This document shows positions 36,747 to 45,002 of a DNA stretch of 64,000 bases, one piece after another. Position 1 is the stretch's first letter, and each line of letters opens with the position of its first letter. The translations under genes and the position numbers were made by a program. Source of the stretch: Dehalococcoidia bacterium (lineage in GTDB: Bacteria > Chloroflexota > Dehalococcoidia > SM23-28-2); assembly GCA_020356025.1 (NCBI GenBank), contig CP070630.1, forward strand, positions 1,311,343 to 1,375,342, in the 5' to 3' direction. The notes under the pieces were generated by a model. It was given only the letters and a program-made list of their open reading frames with translations, was not told the DNA's origin and ran no database searches.

Positions 36747-36774
36747 TGCTGTCCCCCCACCCTCAGAGGTTCTC

Positions 36775-37653
36775 TTAGCCTGACCGCAGGAAAGTCCCGG
36801 GGGCCTTGCCCGAGTTCAGCCAGCCTAGTCGCTCGCTCAGAGCGGCATAGTGATCGAGGGGCGAACCCAGGCGCAAGAACCGGGCGAGATGAGAACTGTG
36901 GAACACACGCACCCCTTCGCCCTTGGCCAACTCCTTGTTCACCTGCCCATCCACGCTGAGGATGCCCTTCTCGTCGCTGGTTACCCGCAGCTCAATCACC
37001 ACCGAAGAAGGCAGCACCAACGCCCGAGCGATGGCCAGATGCGGAGCCACAGGCATCAGCACCAGCTCGTGAGCCTCAGGGTGAAGGACGGGACCACCCG
37101 CCGACATCAGGTAGCCGGTACTACCCGTGGCCGTGGCCACGATCACCGCATCCGCCCGATAGTGACCCAAGCGCTTGCCATCCACAGAGGCTTCCACGTG
37201 TACCGCTCGTCCAGGAACACCGCGGCCAACCATGATGTCGTTGAGGGCATGGTATCTCCCGTCTTCATCAGCAGCAGCGCCCGTTGCCTCCAGAAGCTCG
37301 CCATGGAGCAGCGTCCGTTCCTCGATCCGAAAGCCGCCTTCCAGTATTTGTGGAAGCTTGGCCAGCGCCTCCTCCGCCCTCAGCTCAGCCAAGAAGCCCA
37401 GACGCCCCATGTTGATCCCCAGCAAGAGCGTGTGCTGGAGTATGACCAGGCGGGCGGCCCAGAGCATCGTGCCGTCGCCGCCAACGCAGATCAGGAGGTC
37501 CGTGCCCTCTAGGTTGAGCCGAGCCTCTCCCTCGTCCCAGGCCGATGTCAGCCAGACCTCGCTCACATGCGGGGCGAGGGCTCCCTTCACCTCCTGCGCC
37601 AACGCCTGGGCAGCCGGCCACTGAGGGTGAAAGCAGATGCCCACCTTCTTCAC
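36775..37653 (-). CDS. nadK: NAD(+) kinase
   Basis: GGDGTML, NMGRLGFL and ATGSTGY motifs. Confidence 0.92.
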   Translation of the reverse strand: MKKVGICFHPQWPAAQALAQEVKGALAPHVSEVWLTSAWDEGEARLNLEGTDLLICVGGDGTMLWAARLVILQHTLLLGINMGRLGFLAELRAEEALAKLPQILEGGFRIEERTLLHGELLEATGAAADEDGRYHALNDIMVGRGVPGRAVHVEASVDGKRLGHYRADAVIVATATGSTGYLMSAGGPVLHPEAHELVLMPVAPHLAIARALVLPSSVVIELRVTSDEKGILSVDGQVNKELAKGEGVRVFHSSHLARFLRLGSPLDHYAALSERLGWLNSGKAPGTFLRSG

Positions 37654-37668
37654 GAGACGCTCTCCACC

Positions 37669-38406
37669 TTATCTCTCCGCTTCCAGCGGCAGGAGCAGGA
37701 AGAAGAACTCCTGGTTGCCAGCCGGCCCCAGCAGGGGAGAAGGGGTCAGGCCAAGGATGCGGAAGCGTTGCTCCACCGCCCAGGCCACAAAGCGCCCGAT
37801 GAGGCTGGCCTGCAGCAGAGGATCGCGAATGACCCCTCCCTTGCCCACCTCCCGCCGGCGGGCCTGGAACTGAGGCTTGAACAAAGCGATGATCTTCCCC
37901 CCCGGTTTCAGAAATCCGGCTATCGCCGGTAGCACCTTCTCCAACCCGATAAACGACACGTCCACCGTCGCCAGGCCCACCTTTTGCGGCAGCGAGCGCA
38001 GGTAGCGGACGTTCACCCGCTCCATAGGCACCACCCGCGAGTCCTGACGCAGGCGATAATCCAGCTGACCGTAGCCCACATCCACAGCGTAGACACAACG
38101 AGCGCCGTGCTGAAGAAGGCAATCGGTGAAGCCACCGCTGGAAGCCCCCACGTCCACGGCGTCCAGGTCCTGCACACTGACGCCAAACACCCGCAGAGCA
38201 TGTGCCAGCTTCTCACCACCACGGCTCACGTAGGGAGCCCCGGCAAGCAGACGCACCTCGGCGGCCTCAGGGATGAGCATCCCCGGCTTGGCGACCGCGC
38301 TGTCTCCAACCAGCACCTTGCCGGCCAAGACCACCGCTCGCGCCTTCTCCCGGCTCTCGACCAGGCCTCTCTCCACCAATAGAGTATCCAGCCGACGCTT
38401 GGCCAT
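37669..38406 (-). CDS. tlyA: TlyA-family 16S/23S rRNA (cytidine-2'-O)-methyltransferase
   Basis: S4 domain N-terminus (RRLDTLLVERGLVESREKA), YVSRGGEKL and DVGASSGGFTD SAM motifs. tlyA-nadK synteny is common. Confidence 0.9.
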   Translation of the reverse strand: MAKRRLDTLLVERGLVESREKARAVVLAGKVLVGDSAVAKPGMLIPEAAEVRLLAGAPYVSRGGEKLAHALRVFGVSVQDLDAVDVGASSGGFTDCLLQHGARCVYAVDVGYGQLDYRLRQDSRVVPMERVNVRYLRSLPQKVGLATVDVSFIGLEKVLPAIAGFLKPGGKIIALFKPQFQARRREVGKGGVIRDPLLQASLIGRFVAWAVEQRFRILGLTPSPLLGPAGNQEFFFLLLPLEAER

Positions 38407-38418
38407 GAAACGCTATTC

Positions 38419-38448
38419 AGCATAGGCAGGAAGGAAGAAGAAAGTCAA
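38419..38448 (-). promoter_or_regulatory. putative tlyA-nadK operon promoter
   Basis: Minus strand: TTGACT (38443-38448), 18 nt spacer, TATGCT (38419-38424), 12 nt before ATG 38406. Confidence 0.45.
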
Positions 38449-38465
38449 GGCGAACCGCTCAGGGC
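38427..38465 (-). repeat. 39-nt intergenic repeat, copy X (82 % identical to 44933-44971)
   Basis: Minus strand GCCCTGAGCGGTTCGCCTTGACTTTCTTCTTCCTTCCTG, against copy Y GGTCTGAGCGCTTCGCTTTGACTTTCCTCTTTGTTCCTG. 32/39 identical, ungapped. Confidence 0.6.
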
Positions 38466-38485
38466 GGTGTTCGGCACGTAGCGCG

Positions 38486-39988
38486 TCACGAGGCTGGACG
38501 CTGCCGACGCGCCGAGCCAGCTCGGGGTACCTGGCGATTCATAACGCTCACCGGCAGCTCAACCACGACCGTCGTACCCCCATGTCGCTCTGAGCGGATG
38601 TCGAGCGTGCCGCCCAACAGACGGGCCCGTTCATGCATTCCCAGAAGCCCCAGCTTCCCGGTCGCGGCCAGATCGCCCACAGCCTTGGGCAGCGTGAAGC
38701 CGTGACCGTTGTCGACCACCCTCATTTCAAGCCGATCGTCATCCACTCGCAGAGAGAGAGTAGCTTCGCTGGCACCTGAGTGTTTGCCTACGTTTCGCAA
38801 CGCCTCCTGAGCGATGCGAAAGAGGAGCAACTGTCCCTCTTCAGACATCCTCGGCACGGTGCCGTCCACTTCCACACGCGCCTCTATCCCGTCTTGCTGA
38901 GTGAGGTCATCGGCCAGCCATTCCAGAGCGGGCACCAAGCCCATGTCGTCCAGTATCCGCGGTCGCAAGTCCTGGGCCAGGCGCCGCAGCTCCATCAGCG
39001 CCTCGATTGTGGTCCCGCGCACCTCCTGCAGCTCGGCCGTCACATCCTTATTGCGCCGCTTGTTAGCGCTCGAGGCCAGGCTGTCGAGACGCTGGGCCAT
39101 GAGCATGAGGGACTGAGCCGTCTCGTCATGAAGCTCCTGGGCGATGCGTTGCCGCTCATGCTCCTGGGCTCTGGTAACCTGCTGCAAATAGAAGTCCAGG
39201 TTCTCTTGCATGTGCGCCTGCTCGGTGATGTCTCGAGCGATGAACTGAAAGCCCGTCGGCCAGCCCTGGCTGGTGATCAGACTGGGGGTCAACCACAGTA
39301 GCGCAGGCGAGCCGTCCCTCTTCATTATCTCCTGTTCGTAGGGCTCGTCGATCGTCTCGCCAGCCAGCAGCCTCCTTCGGATCTCTCTAGCCTTATTGAG
39401 AGGATCTTCCGTGAGAAAGCGCCTGACCTTCATCCCAACCAATTCTTCCGGCGCATAGCCTGTAATCTCAGCACAGGCCTTATTGGCCATAGTGATCCTG
39501 CCCTGCATGTCCTGCAGCCAGATGGCATCGTGGGCATTCTCGAAGATCTCCCTATAGCGCTCTTCCGACACCCGCAGCTTCTCGCCCACCAGACGCCGTC
39601 GCTCTCGCTCTCTCCGAAGCCGCTCAAAGCCAACGTTGATCACGGCACCTGCGGCGACCACACCACCCACCTCCCCCAGGGCATCCGCGCGATACTCAGA
39701 GATGAGGAGAGCATTCGGCAGCATGATGACGAGAGCCAGTCCCGAGCCAGTGAGTCCGGCCTTCATGCCGAACAGGAAGCCCAGATAAGTGATTGGCAGC
39801 AGCAGAAAGAGACGCTCTAGGGCGAGCCGCTCCAAGCCTAACACGGAACTAGGGGCCTCAATCTCCAGGAAAGGCATCAGTTGCTCGGGATAGTGAAGCG
39901 GAATGGCCACCAGGAACATCGCTATCGCAGCGAGGAACTCCACGCTGCGGACAGCCTCCAGTAGTCTCCCTCTAACTCGTTGCTCCAT
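38486..39988 (-). CDS. sensor histidine kinase (membrane, PAS, HisKA_3, HATPase_c)
   Basis: N-terminal TM helices, a PAS region (YREIFENAHDAIWLQD...), H-box ELHDETAQSL (NarX/DegS type), and ATPase N/G boxes. Confidence 0.85.
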   Translation of the reverse strand: MEQRVRGRLLEAVRSVEFLAAIAMFLVAIPLHYPEQLMPFLEIEAPSSVLGLERLALERLFLLLPITYLGFLFGMKAGLTGSGLALVIMLPNALLISEYRADALGEVGGVVAAGAVINVGFERLRRERERRRLVGEKLRVSEERYREIFENAHDAIWLQDMQGRITMANKACAEITGYAPEELVGMKVRRFLTEDPLNKAREIRRRLLAGETIDEPYEQEIMKRDGSPALLWLTPSLITSQGWPTGFQFIARDITEQAHMQENLDFYLQQVTRAQEHERQRIAQELHDETAQSLMLMAQRLDSLASSANKRRNKDVTAELQEVRGTTIEALMELRRLAQDLRPRILDDMGLVPALEWLADDLTQQDGIEARVEVDGTVPRMSEEGQLLLFRIAQEALRNVGKHSGASEATLSLRVDDDRLEMRVVDNGHGFTLPKAVGDLAATGKLGLLGMHERARLLGGTLDIRSERHGGTTVVVELPVSVMNRQVPRAGSARRQRPAS

Positions 39989-40024
39989 TGCTGCCTGTCC
40001 TGCCCTTGTCCAGTTGAACGGGCC

Positions 40025-40690
40025 TTAAGCCTCCTCCTCCAGAACCAGCCAACCCATTCTTAGCCCGTAGAGGACCGCCTCCGTGCGTGACCCCACTCCC
40101 AGCTTGTTGAAGATGTTCACCAAGTGAGCCTTGACGGTGGGCACACTGAGGACAAGCTCCTTGGCTATCTCTTTGTTGCTGTGGCCCTTGGCAGCAAGCT
40201 GCAGCACCTCGAGTTCCCTTCCCGTAAGGGGCTCTTCGCTGTCCACGGGCGCATGACGAGGCGAAATGCGGCCAGCCCGAGCGAGCAGCCTCGCGGCTAC
40301 CGCAGGGTGAAGCACTGCCTCCCCGGCGTGAACCGAACGAATAGCCTGGATAACCTCCTGGCCCGTGGCGTTCTTCAGAAGATAGCCAGCAGCGCCAGCA
40401 TCCAGAAGACCGAGCACGTACCGGTCATCGTCGTAAGCGCTGAGGATCAGCACAGCAGTGGTAGGATTGGTCTTCTTGATCTGCTTAGTAGCCTCAATGC
40501 CGTTGAGGCGCGGCATGACGACGTCCATCAGCACGATGTCGGGTTGCAGAGCTCTGACCGCTGCCACAGCCTCGTGCCCGTTGCCTGCCTCCCCTACCAC
40601 CGTTATGTCACGCTGCTGCTCCAGGAGATTCCGCATGCCCTCCCGCAGCACAGGATGATCGTCCGCCAGCACTACAGTGATCGCTTCCAT
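40025..40690 (-). CDS. NarL/FixJ-family response regulator (REC + LuxR HTH)
   Basis: Receiver domain (VVLADDHPVLREG..., DIVLMDVVMP) plus a LuxR-type HTH (LTGRELEVLQLAAKGHSNKEIAKELVLSVPTVKAHLVNIFNKLGV). Confidence 0.92.
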   Translation of the reverse strand: MEAITVVLADDHPVLREGMRNLLEQQRDITVVGEAGNGHEAVAAVRALQPDIVLMDVVMPRLNGIEATKQIKKTNPTTAVLILSAYDDDRYVLGLLDAGAAGYLLKNATGQEVIQAIRSVHAGEAVLHPAVAARLLARAGRISPRHAPVDSEEPLTGRELEVLQLAAKGHSNKEIAKELVLSVPTVKAHLVNIFNKLGVGSRTEAVLYGLRMGWLVLEEEA

Positions 40691-40848
40691 GGCTTGAGCA
40701 TGAACAGCGTCGTGAATAGCTTCACAACTAGTCTACACCTTCTGACGCCCCCTGTCACTGGCCTGTGGTTTTACAACTTTCGACATTCAATATCCGAAAG
40801 AATGGGGAAAACTAGGCTTTCGGCTGAAGTAGCTTCAAGCGCCAGAAG

Positions 40849-40862
40849 GTGAAAATATTCAC
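40849..40862. promoter_or_regulatory. CRP/FNR-family-like palindrome GTGA-N6-TCAC
   Basis: GGTGAAAATATTCACGG, 27 nt upstream of ATG 40889, inside the only clearly AT-richer intergenic region of the window. It also overlaps a possible TGaAAATAT extended -10. Confidence 0.35.
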
Positions 40863-40888
40863 GGATTCACATGAGAGGAGGCAATCCA

Positions 40889-41398
40889 ATGAAGGACAAG
40901 GCTTTCATCTTCTACGGCAACCCCTGCACCATCTGCCTCGCTGACAGCGAGGTCCAAGACTTCGAGGACGCCAAGAAGCATGGTTGGACGCCATGCCCGT
41001 TCTACCGTGAGGGGAGCGGCTGCTCCTCCTCCGCCTACGGGTGCGTTCAGCTCGCCGGCGTCAAGATGGCTCGCTACGTTCTCCAGTTCTACAGCGAAGC
41101 ATCAGAAGAGGCTCTTGACATGGAGCGGGAGCAGTTCCAGCGCCGGGCGCCGCTTCCCCCCAAGCGCGTCGAGGCCTACATCGACACGCCTGAGTACAGC
41201 TATCGGCGGATCACCGACCCCGACCTCGTCGTACAGCGTGTTTGGGAATATGCCCACGCCGTTCTGGACCTCAAGCCTGGAGAGCGCGTCTTCCGTGCTT
41301 CGGAGGAGGAGTGGGCAGCGCCTGTGGCCATCGAAGCCGAGGCGCCAGCACCCGCCGATGAGAGCAAGGAGCCACCGCCCGTTCGCCGTGTAGCCTGA
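40889..41398 (+). CDS. hypothetical Cys-rich protein
   Basis: MKDKAFIFYGNPCTICLADSE...WTPCPFYREGSGCSSSAYGC..., with a Pro/Ala/Glu-rich tail. Start moved to ATG 40889 behind AGAGGAGG. No family recognised. Confidence 0.5.
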   Translation: MKDKAFIFYGNPCTICLADSEVQDFEDAKKHGWTPCPFYREGSGCSSSAYGCVQLAGVKMARYVLQFYSEASEEALDMEREQFQRRAPLPPKRVEAYIDTPEYSYRRITDPDLVVQRVWEYAHAVLDLKPGERVFRASEEEWAAPVAIEAEAPAPADESKEPPPVRRVA

Positions 41399-41481
41399 GC
41401 TTACCCGCGCACACTAGGTTAAAGCGACTCTCAGCGAGGTGGTGACTGGCTGAGAGCGCGAAGAGAAGGGACAAGCTAGTC

Positions 41482-42252
41482 ATGGAAAAGCCAGAGCGTG
41501 TTGTGCCGCTCCGCCGCACCGACGAGAGCGGCAATGGCCAGCGCCCCGTTTCCGGCTTCATGTTTCGGGGGCAGGCCCTGTCCATGCCCATCGCCCGGCC
41601 CCAGGGAGCTTCGCTAGCCAAGGGGCTGCATCGGCCCGCGTGGGCCGCCCTTTCGGCGCCTGTGCTCGACGTGGCCACCAGCATCAGCGGTGCCGCCTTG
41701 ACCGCCTTTCTTCTGATGCACATGGTTCTGCTATCCACCGTGCTGGCGGGAGCCACTACTCTGGACTCGTTGGCGGAGTTTCTCGAGCGATACTACCTGC
41801 TGCATATAGGCGCACCCCCGCTCATTCTCCTGCTCCTGGCCCACATCGTACTGGTGACGCGTAAGGCGCCAACCACCTTCCGCCAGCAGTGGACCCTGGT
41901 GCGCCAGCTACGCCAAATGGGGCACCTCGACACATGGACTTGGGCGTTTCAGGTGGTCAGCGGAGCAGCGCTGATGGCTTTCGTCTCGATTCACCTCTGG
42001 GTGTCTCTCACCGAGCTACCCATCGAGGCAGCCAAGAGCGGCGAGCGGGTCGCCGATTTCCTCTGGTTCGACATCCTCTTCGTGCTCTTCGTCGTAGGCC
42101 ACGCCTTCATCGGCCTCTACCGTATCACCGTTAAATGGGGGCTGCTCTCCCGCCGTGGAGCCTACGCAGCGCTAGCGACACTGACCGCTGTTGTTCTTGC
42201 AGTGGAGTTCGCCATTGTATCAAGCTTCTTCGCTCTCGGAGGCGGACAATGA
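41482..42252 (+). CDS. frdC: succinate dehydrogenase/fumarate reductase membrane anchor, single-subunit dihaem cytochrome b type (FrdC-like)
   Basis: About five hydrophobic helices with four spaced His (LLMHMV, LLAHIV, VSIHLW, VVGHAF). The stop overlaps the frdA-like ATG (ATGA at 42249-42252). Confidence 0.7.
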   Translation: MEKPERVVPLRRTDESGNGQRPVSGFMFRGQALSMPIARPQGASLAKGLHRPAWAALSAPVLDVATSISGAALTAFLLMHMVLLSTVLAGATTLDSLAEFLERYYLLHIGAPPLILLLLAHIVLVTRKAPTTFRQQWTLVRQLRQMGHLDTWTWAFQVVSGAALMAFVSIHLWVSLTELPIEAAKSGERVADFLWFDILFVLFVVGHAFIGLYRITVKWGLLSRRGAYAALATLTAVVLAVEFAIVSSFFALGGGQ

Positions 42253-44066
42253 CAACCATCATGACCGACGTTCTAGTAATCGGTGCCGGCCTGGCTGGCG
42301 AGCGCACGGCCGTCGAGGCTGCTGCGCATGGCAATCAGGTCATCATCCTCTCTCTGGTGCCGCCCCGACGCTCTCACTCCGTTGCCGCTCAGGGTGGCAT
42401 GCAGGCCGCCTTGGGCAACATGGCCAGGAGCGCCGGCGACTCTCCCGATGTCCACTTTGAGGACACGGTGAAGGGCGCCGACTGGGGATGCGAGCAAGAC
42501 GTGGCTCGTCTCTTCGTCAACCTCGCGCCCGTGGCCATTCGCCAGATGGCTCACTGGGGAGTCCCCTGGAGCCGGGTAGTGCCTGGCCCAAAGCGACTTC
42601 CCAGCGGCGAGATCGTCGAGGAGTCAGCCGAGAAGGAAGGCCTTATCGCCGCCCGCAACTTCGGCGGCACTAAGAAGTGGCGAGCCTGCTTCTGCTCTGA
42701 CGGCACGGGGCACTCCCTCCTCTACACCATGGACAACGTCGCCCTCCAACTCGGGGTCCAGGTTCACGATCGAACCGAGGCCCTCGCCCTCATCCATGAT
42801 GGCTCCCGATGCTACGGCGCCATAGTCCGAGACCTCCGCAACGGCGAGTTGCGTACCTATCTGGCCCGCGCCACCGTCATCGCTACCGGTGGCTACGGAC
42901 GTATCTACGGCCAATCCACCAACGCCGTCATCAACGACGGCACCGGCATGGCCCTAGCCCTGGAAACGGGCGTCGTCCCGCTGGGGAATATGGAGGCGGT
43001 ACAGTTCCATCCCACCGGCGTCGTGCCTGGGGACATCCTGGTCACCGAGGGATGCCGCGGTGACGGCGGCTACCTGCTGGACAAGGACGAGCACCGCTTC
43101 ATGCCCGACTACGAGCCGGAGAAGAAGGAGCTCGCATCTCGAGACGTGGTCAGCCGACGCATGATCCACCACGTACGCCAGGGTCACGGCGTCGAATCGG
43201 CCTACGGACCCCACCTCTGGCTGGATATTCGCCACCTGGGACAGGAACACATTGAGACGTACCTGCGCGACGTCGCTGATATCTGTCGCGACTTCTTGGG
43301 CATCGATCCGGTGCACCAGCCCATTCCCGTACGACCCACTCAGCATTACAGTATGGGCGGCGTCCGCACCGACATCGGCGGCCGCGCCTACGGCCTCGCC
43401 GGTCTATACGCCGCCGGAGAGGCGGCATGCTGGGACCTGCATGGCTTCAACCGCCTTGGCGGCAACTCGGTGGCCGAGACCGTGGTCATGGGCATGGTGG
43501 TGGGCAGAAGTGTCGCCCAAGACCTCGTGGGCTCGGACTTCTCCTTCCCCGACGCCCCTGTTCGCTCCGCAAAGGCGCAAGTGGAGCAGCGACTGCCTGC
43601 TCTCACCACCTATGGCCTGGAGTATGTCTGGGCCCTACGCCAGCAAATGTCAGCGATCCTCATGGAGAAGGTAGGCGTCTTTCGCAACGGCCGCGAGCTC
43701 GTCACAGCCGTGGAGGAGCTGCAGGAGCTCCAAGAGCGCGCCGAGCGCTTGGGGCTGCGCTCCACCGGACGAGGACCGAACCCCGAGCTTTCGGCGGCCC
43801 TGCGCCTCCCCGGCATGATCCGACTGGCCATTACCATCGCCTACGGTGCGCTGCAGCGCACCGAGAGCCGGGGAAGTCACTACCGGGAGGACTACCCCGC
43901 CCGGGACGATGCGCTCTGGCTCAGGCGGACCTTGGCAACCTGGCCGGCGGAGGCTGACCTACCACGCCTCAGCTATGAGCCCGTCAAGATCACAGAATTG
44001 CCCCCCGGGGAGCGCGGCTACGGCGAAACGCGGGAGGCGGCGAAAAAGGAGGGCGCCCGTGGCTAA
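42249..44066 (+). CDS. frdA: succinate dehydrogenase/fumarate reductase flavoprotein subunit (second copy)
   Basis: DVLVIGAGLAGERTA, RSHSVAAQGGM, HPTG...EGCRGDGG and HGFNRLGGNS motifs. Start set to ATG 42249 (the track ORF extends upstream into frdC). Confidence 0.9.
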   Translation: MTTIMTDVLVIGAGLAGERTAVEAAAHGNQVIILSLVPPRRSHSVAAQGGMQAALGNMARSAGDSPDVHFEDTVKGADWGCEQDVARLFVNLAPVAIRQMAHWGVPWSRVVPGPKRLPSGEIVEESAEKEGLIAARNFGGTKKWRACFCSDGTGHSLLYTMDNVALQLGVQVHDRTEALALIHDGSRCYGAIVRDLRNGELRTYLARATVIATGGYGRIYGQSTNAVINDGTGMALALETGVVPLGNMEAVQFHPTGVVPGDILVTEGCRGDGGYLLDKDEHRFMPDYEPEKKELASRDVVSRRMIHHVRQGHGVESAYGPHLWLDIRHLGQEHIETYLRDVADICRDFLGIDPVHQPIPVRPTQHYSMGGVRTDIGGRAYGLAGLYAAGEAACWDLHGFNRLGGNSVAETVVMGMVVGRSVAQDLVGSDFSFPDAPVRSAKAQVEQRLPALTTYGLEYVWALRQQMSAILMEKVGVFRNGRELVTAVEELQELQERAERLGLRSTGRGPNPELSAALRLPGMIRLAITIAYGALQRTESRGSHYREDYPARDDALWLRRTLATWPAEADLPRLSYEPVKITELPPGERGYGETREAAKKEGARG

Positions 44067-44835
44067 TCGTACGCTCACATTCTCAGTCTTTCGTTTCAAC
44101 CCCTACGACCCCGACTTCGGGCCCCGTATGCAGGAGTACATCGTGGAGGAGACCCCCAGGATGACCCTGTTCACCGCCCTGACGCTCATCCGGGAGGAGA
44201 TGGACCCCTCTCTCCAGTTCGACTTCGTCTGTCGGTCGGCGGTTTGCGGGTCCTGCGCCATGCTGGTCAACGGCCACCCCCGACTGGCCTGCCGCACCCG
44301 CACCGACGAACTCCCCGCCAAGATCGTTCTTCATCCACTTCCCTTCTTCCGCCTGATCGGAGACCTCTCCGTAGACACGGGAAGCTGGTTCGCGGAGATG
44401 GCCCATCGCGTCGAGTCATGGGTGCACACCACCGAGACCTTCGACCCCGATGCAGAAGAAGCGCGGATGTCCAACGACCAAGCTCTCTCCGTCTACGAAC
44501 TGGAGCGCTGCATCGAGTGCGGCTGTTGTGTCGCCGCCTGTGCCACGGCTCAGATGCGGGATGACTTTCTCGGGGCGACAGGGCTCCTCCGCATTGCCCG
44601 CTTCTGGATCGACCCCCGCGACCAACGTACTGACGCTGACTTCTACGATGTCGTAGGAACCGATGCCGGTGTCTTCGGCTGCGTTGGTCTCCTGGCCTGC
44701 CACGACTACTGCCCGAAGAACCTGCCCCTGATGGAGCAACTCGCCTACCTGCGCCGCAGGGTGATGTTTGCCAGTCTCCGCTCGGCTGTCGGCAAGAAGG
44801 AACGACAGCCAGAGGAGCAGGAGGCGACCCGCTAG
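44059..44835 (+). CDS. frdB: succinate dehydrogenase/fumarate reductase iron-sulfur subunit (second copy, canonical 3Fe-4S motif)
   Basis: CRSAVCGSCAM...LACRT, CIECGCCVAAC and CVGLLACHDYCP (CxxxxxCxxxCP). GTG 44059 behind AAGGAGGG, overlapping the end of frdA. Confidence 0.9.
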   Translation: MANRTLTFSVFRFNPYDPDFGPRMQEYIVEETPRMTLFTALTLIREEMDPSLQFDFVCRSAVCGSCAMLVNGHPRLACRTRTDELPAKIVLHPLPFFRLIGDLSVDTGSWFAEMAHRVESWVHTTETFDPDAEEARMSNDQALSVYELERCIECGCCVAACATAQMRDDFLGATGLLRIARFWIDPRDQRTDADFYDVVGTDAGVFGCVGLLACHDYCPKNLPLMEQLAYLRRRVMFASLRSAVGKKERQPEEQEATR

Positions 44836-44897
44836 ACGACGCACAGCGGCACCGTCCTCCACCACCTGAGCTCCGCGAGACGACTCGACTCCTTGTT

Positions 44898-44917
44898 CGC
44901 CAAGCTGCAGCTTGGCG
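44898..44917. other. 20-bp perfect palindrome CGCCAAGCTGCAGCTTGGCG between convergent frdB and clpX
   Basis: Read directly. It is self-complementary over all 20 nt, with no flanking T-run. Confidence 0.8.
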
Positions 44918-44932
44918 CTCGTCACACGGAAT

Positions 44933-44971
44933 CAGGAACAAAGAGGAAAGTCAAAGCGAAGCGCTCAGACC
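44933..44971 (-). repeat. 39-nt intergenic repeat, copy Y
   Basis: See 38427-38465. Located just downstream of the clpX stop (minus strand). Confidence 0.6.
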
Positions 44972-45002
44972 AGTGATCGTTCAGGCGGCTGGGAGGGCAG
45001 CG

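Noticed and set aside
40777-40823. Reading the three mutually exclusive hairpin segments as a classical transcription attenuator or riboswitch
   Set aside because: No U-tract follows either hairpin on either strand, there is no leader peptide, and no known riboswitch core was recognised. I report it only as part of the frd-upstream regulatory-region finding.
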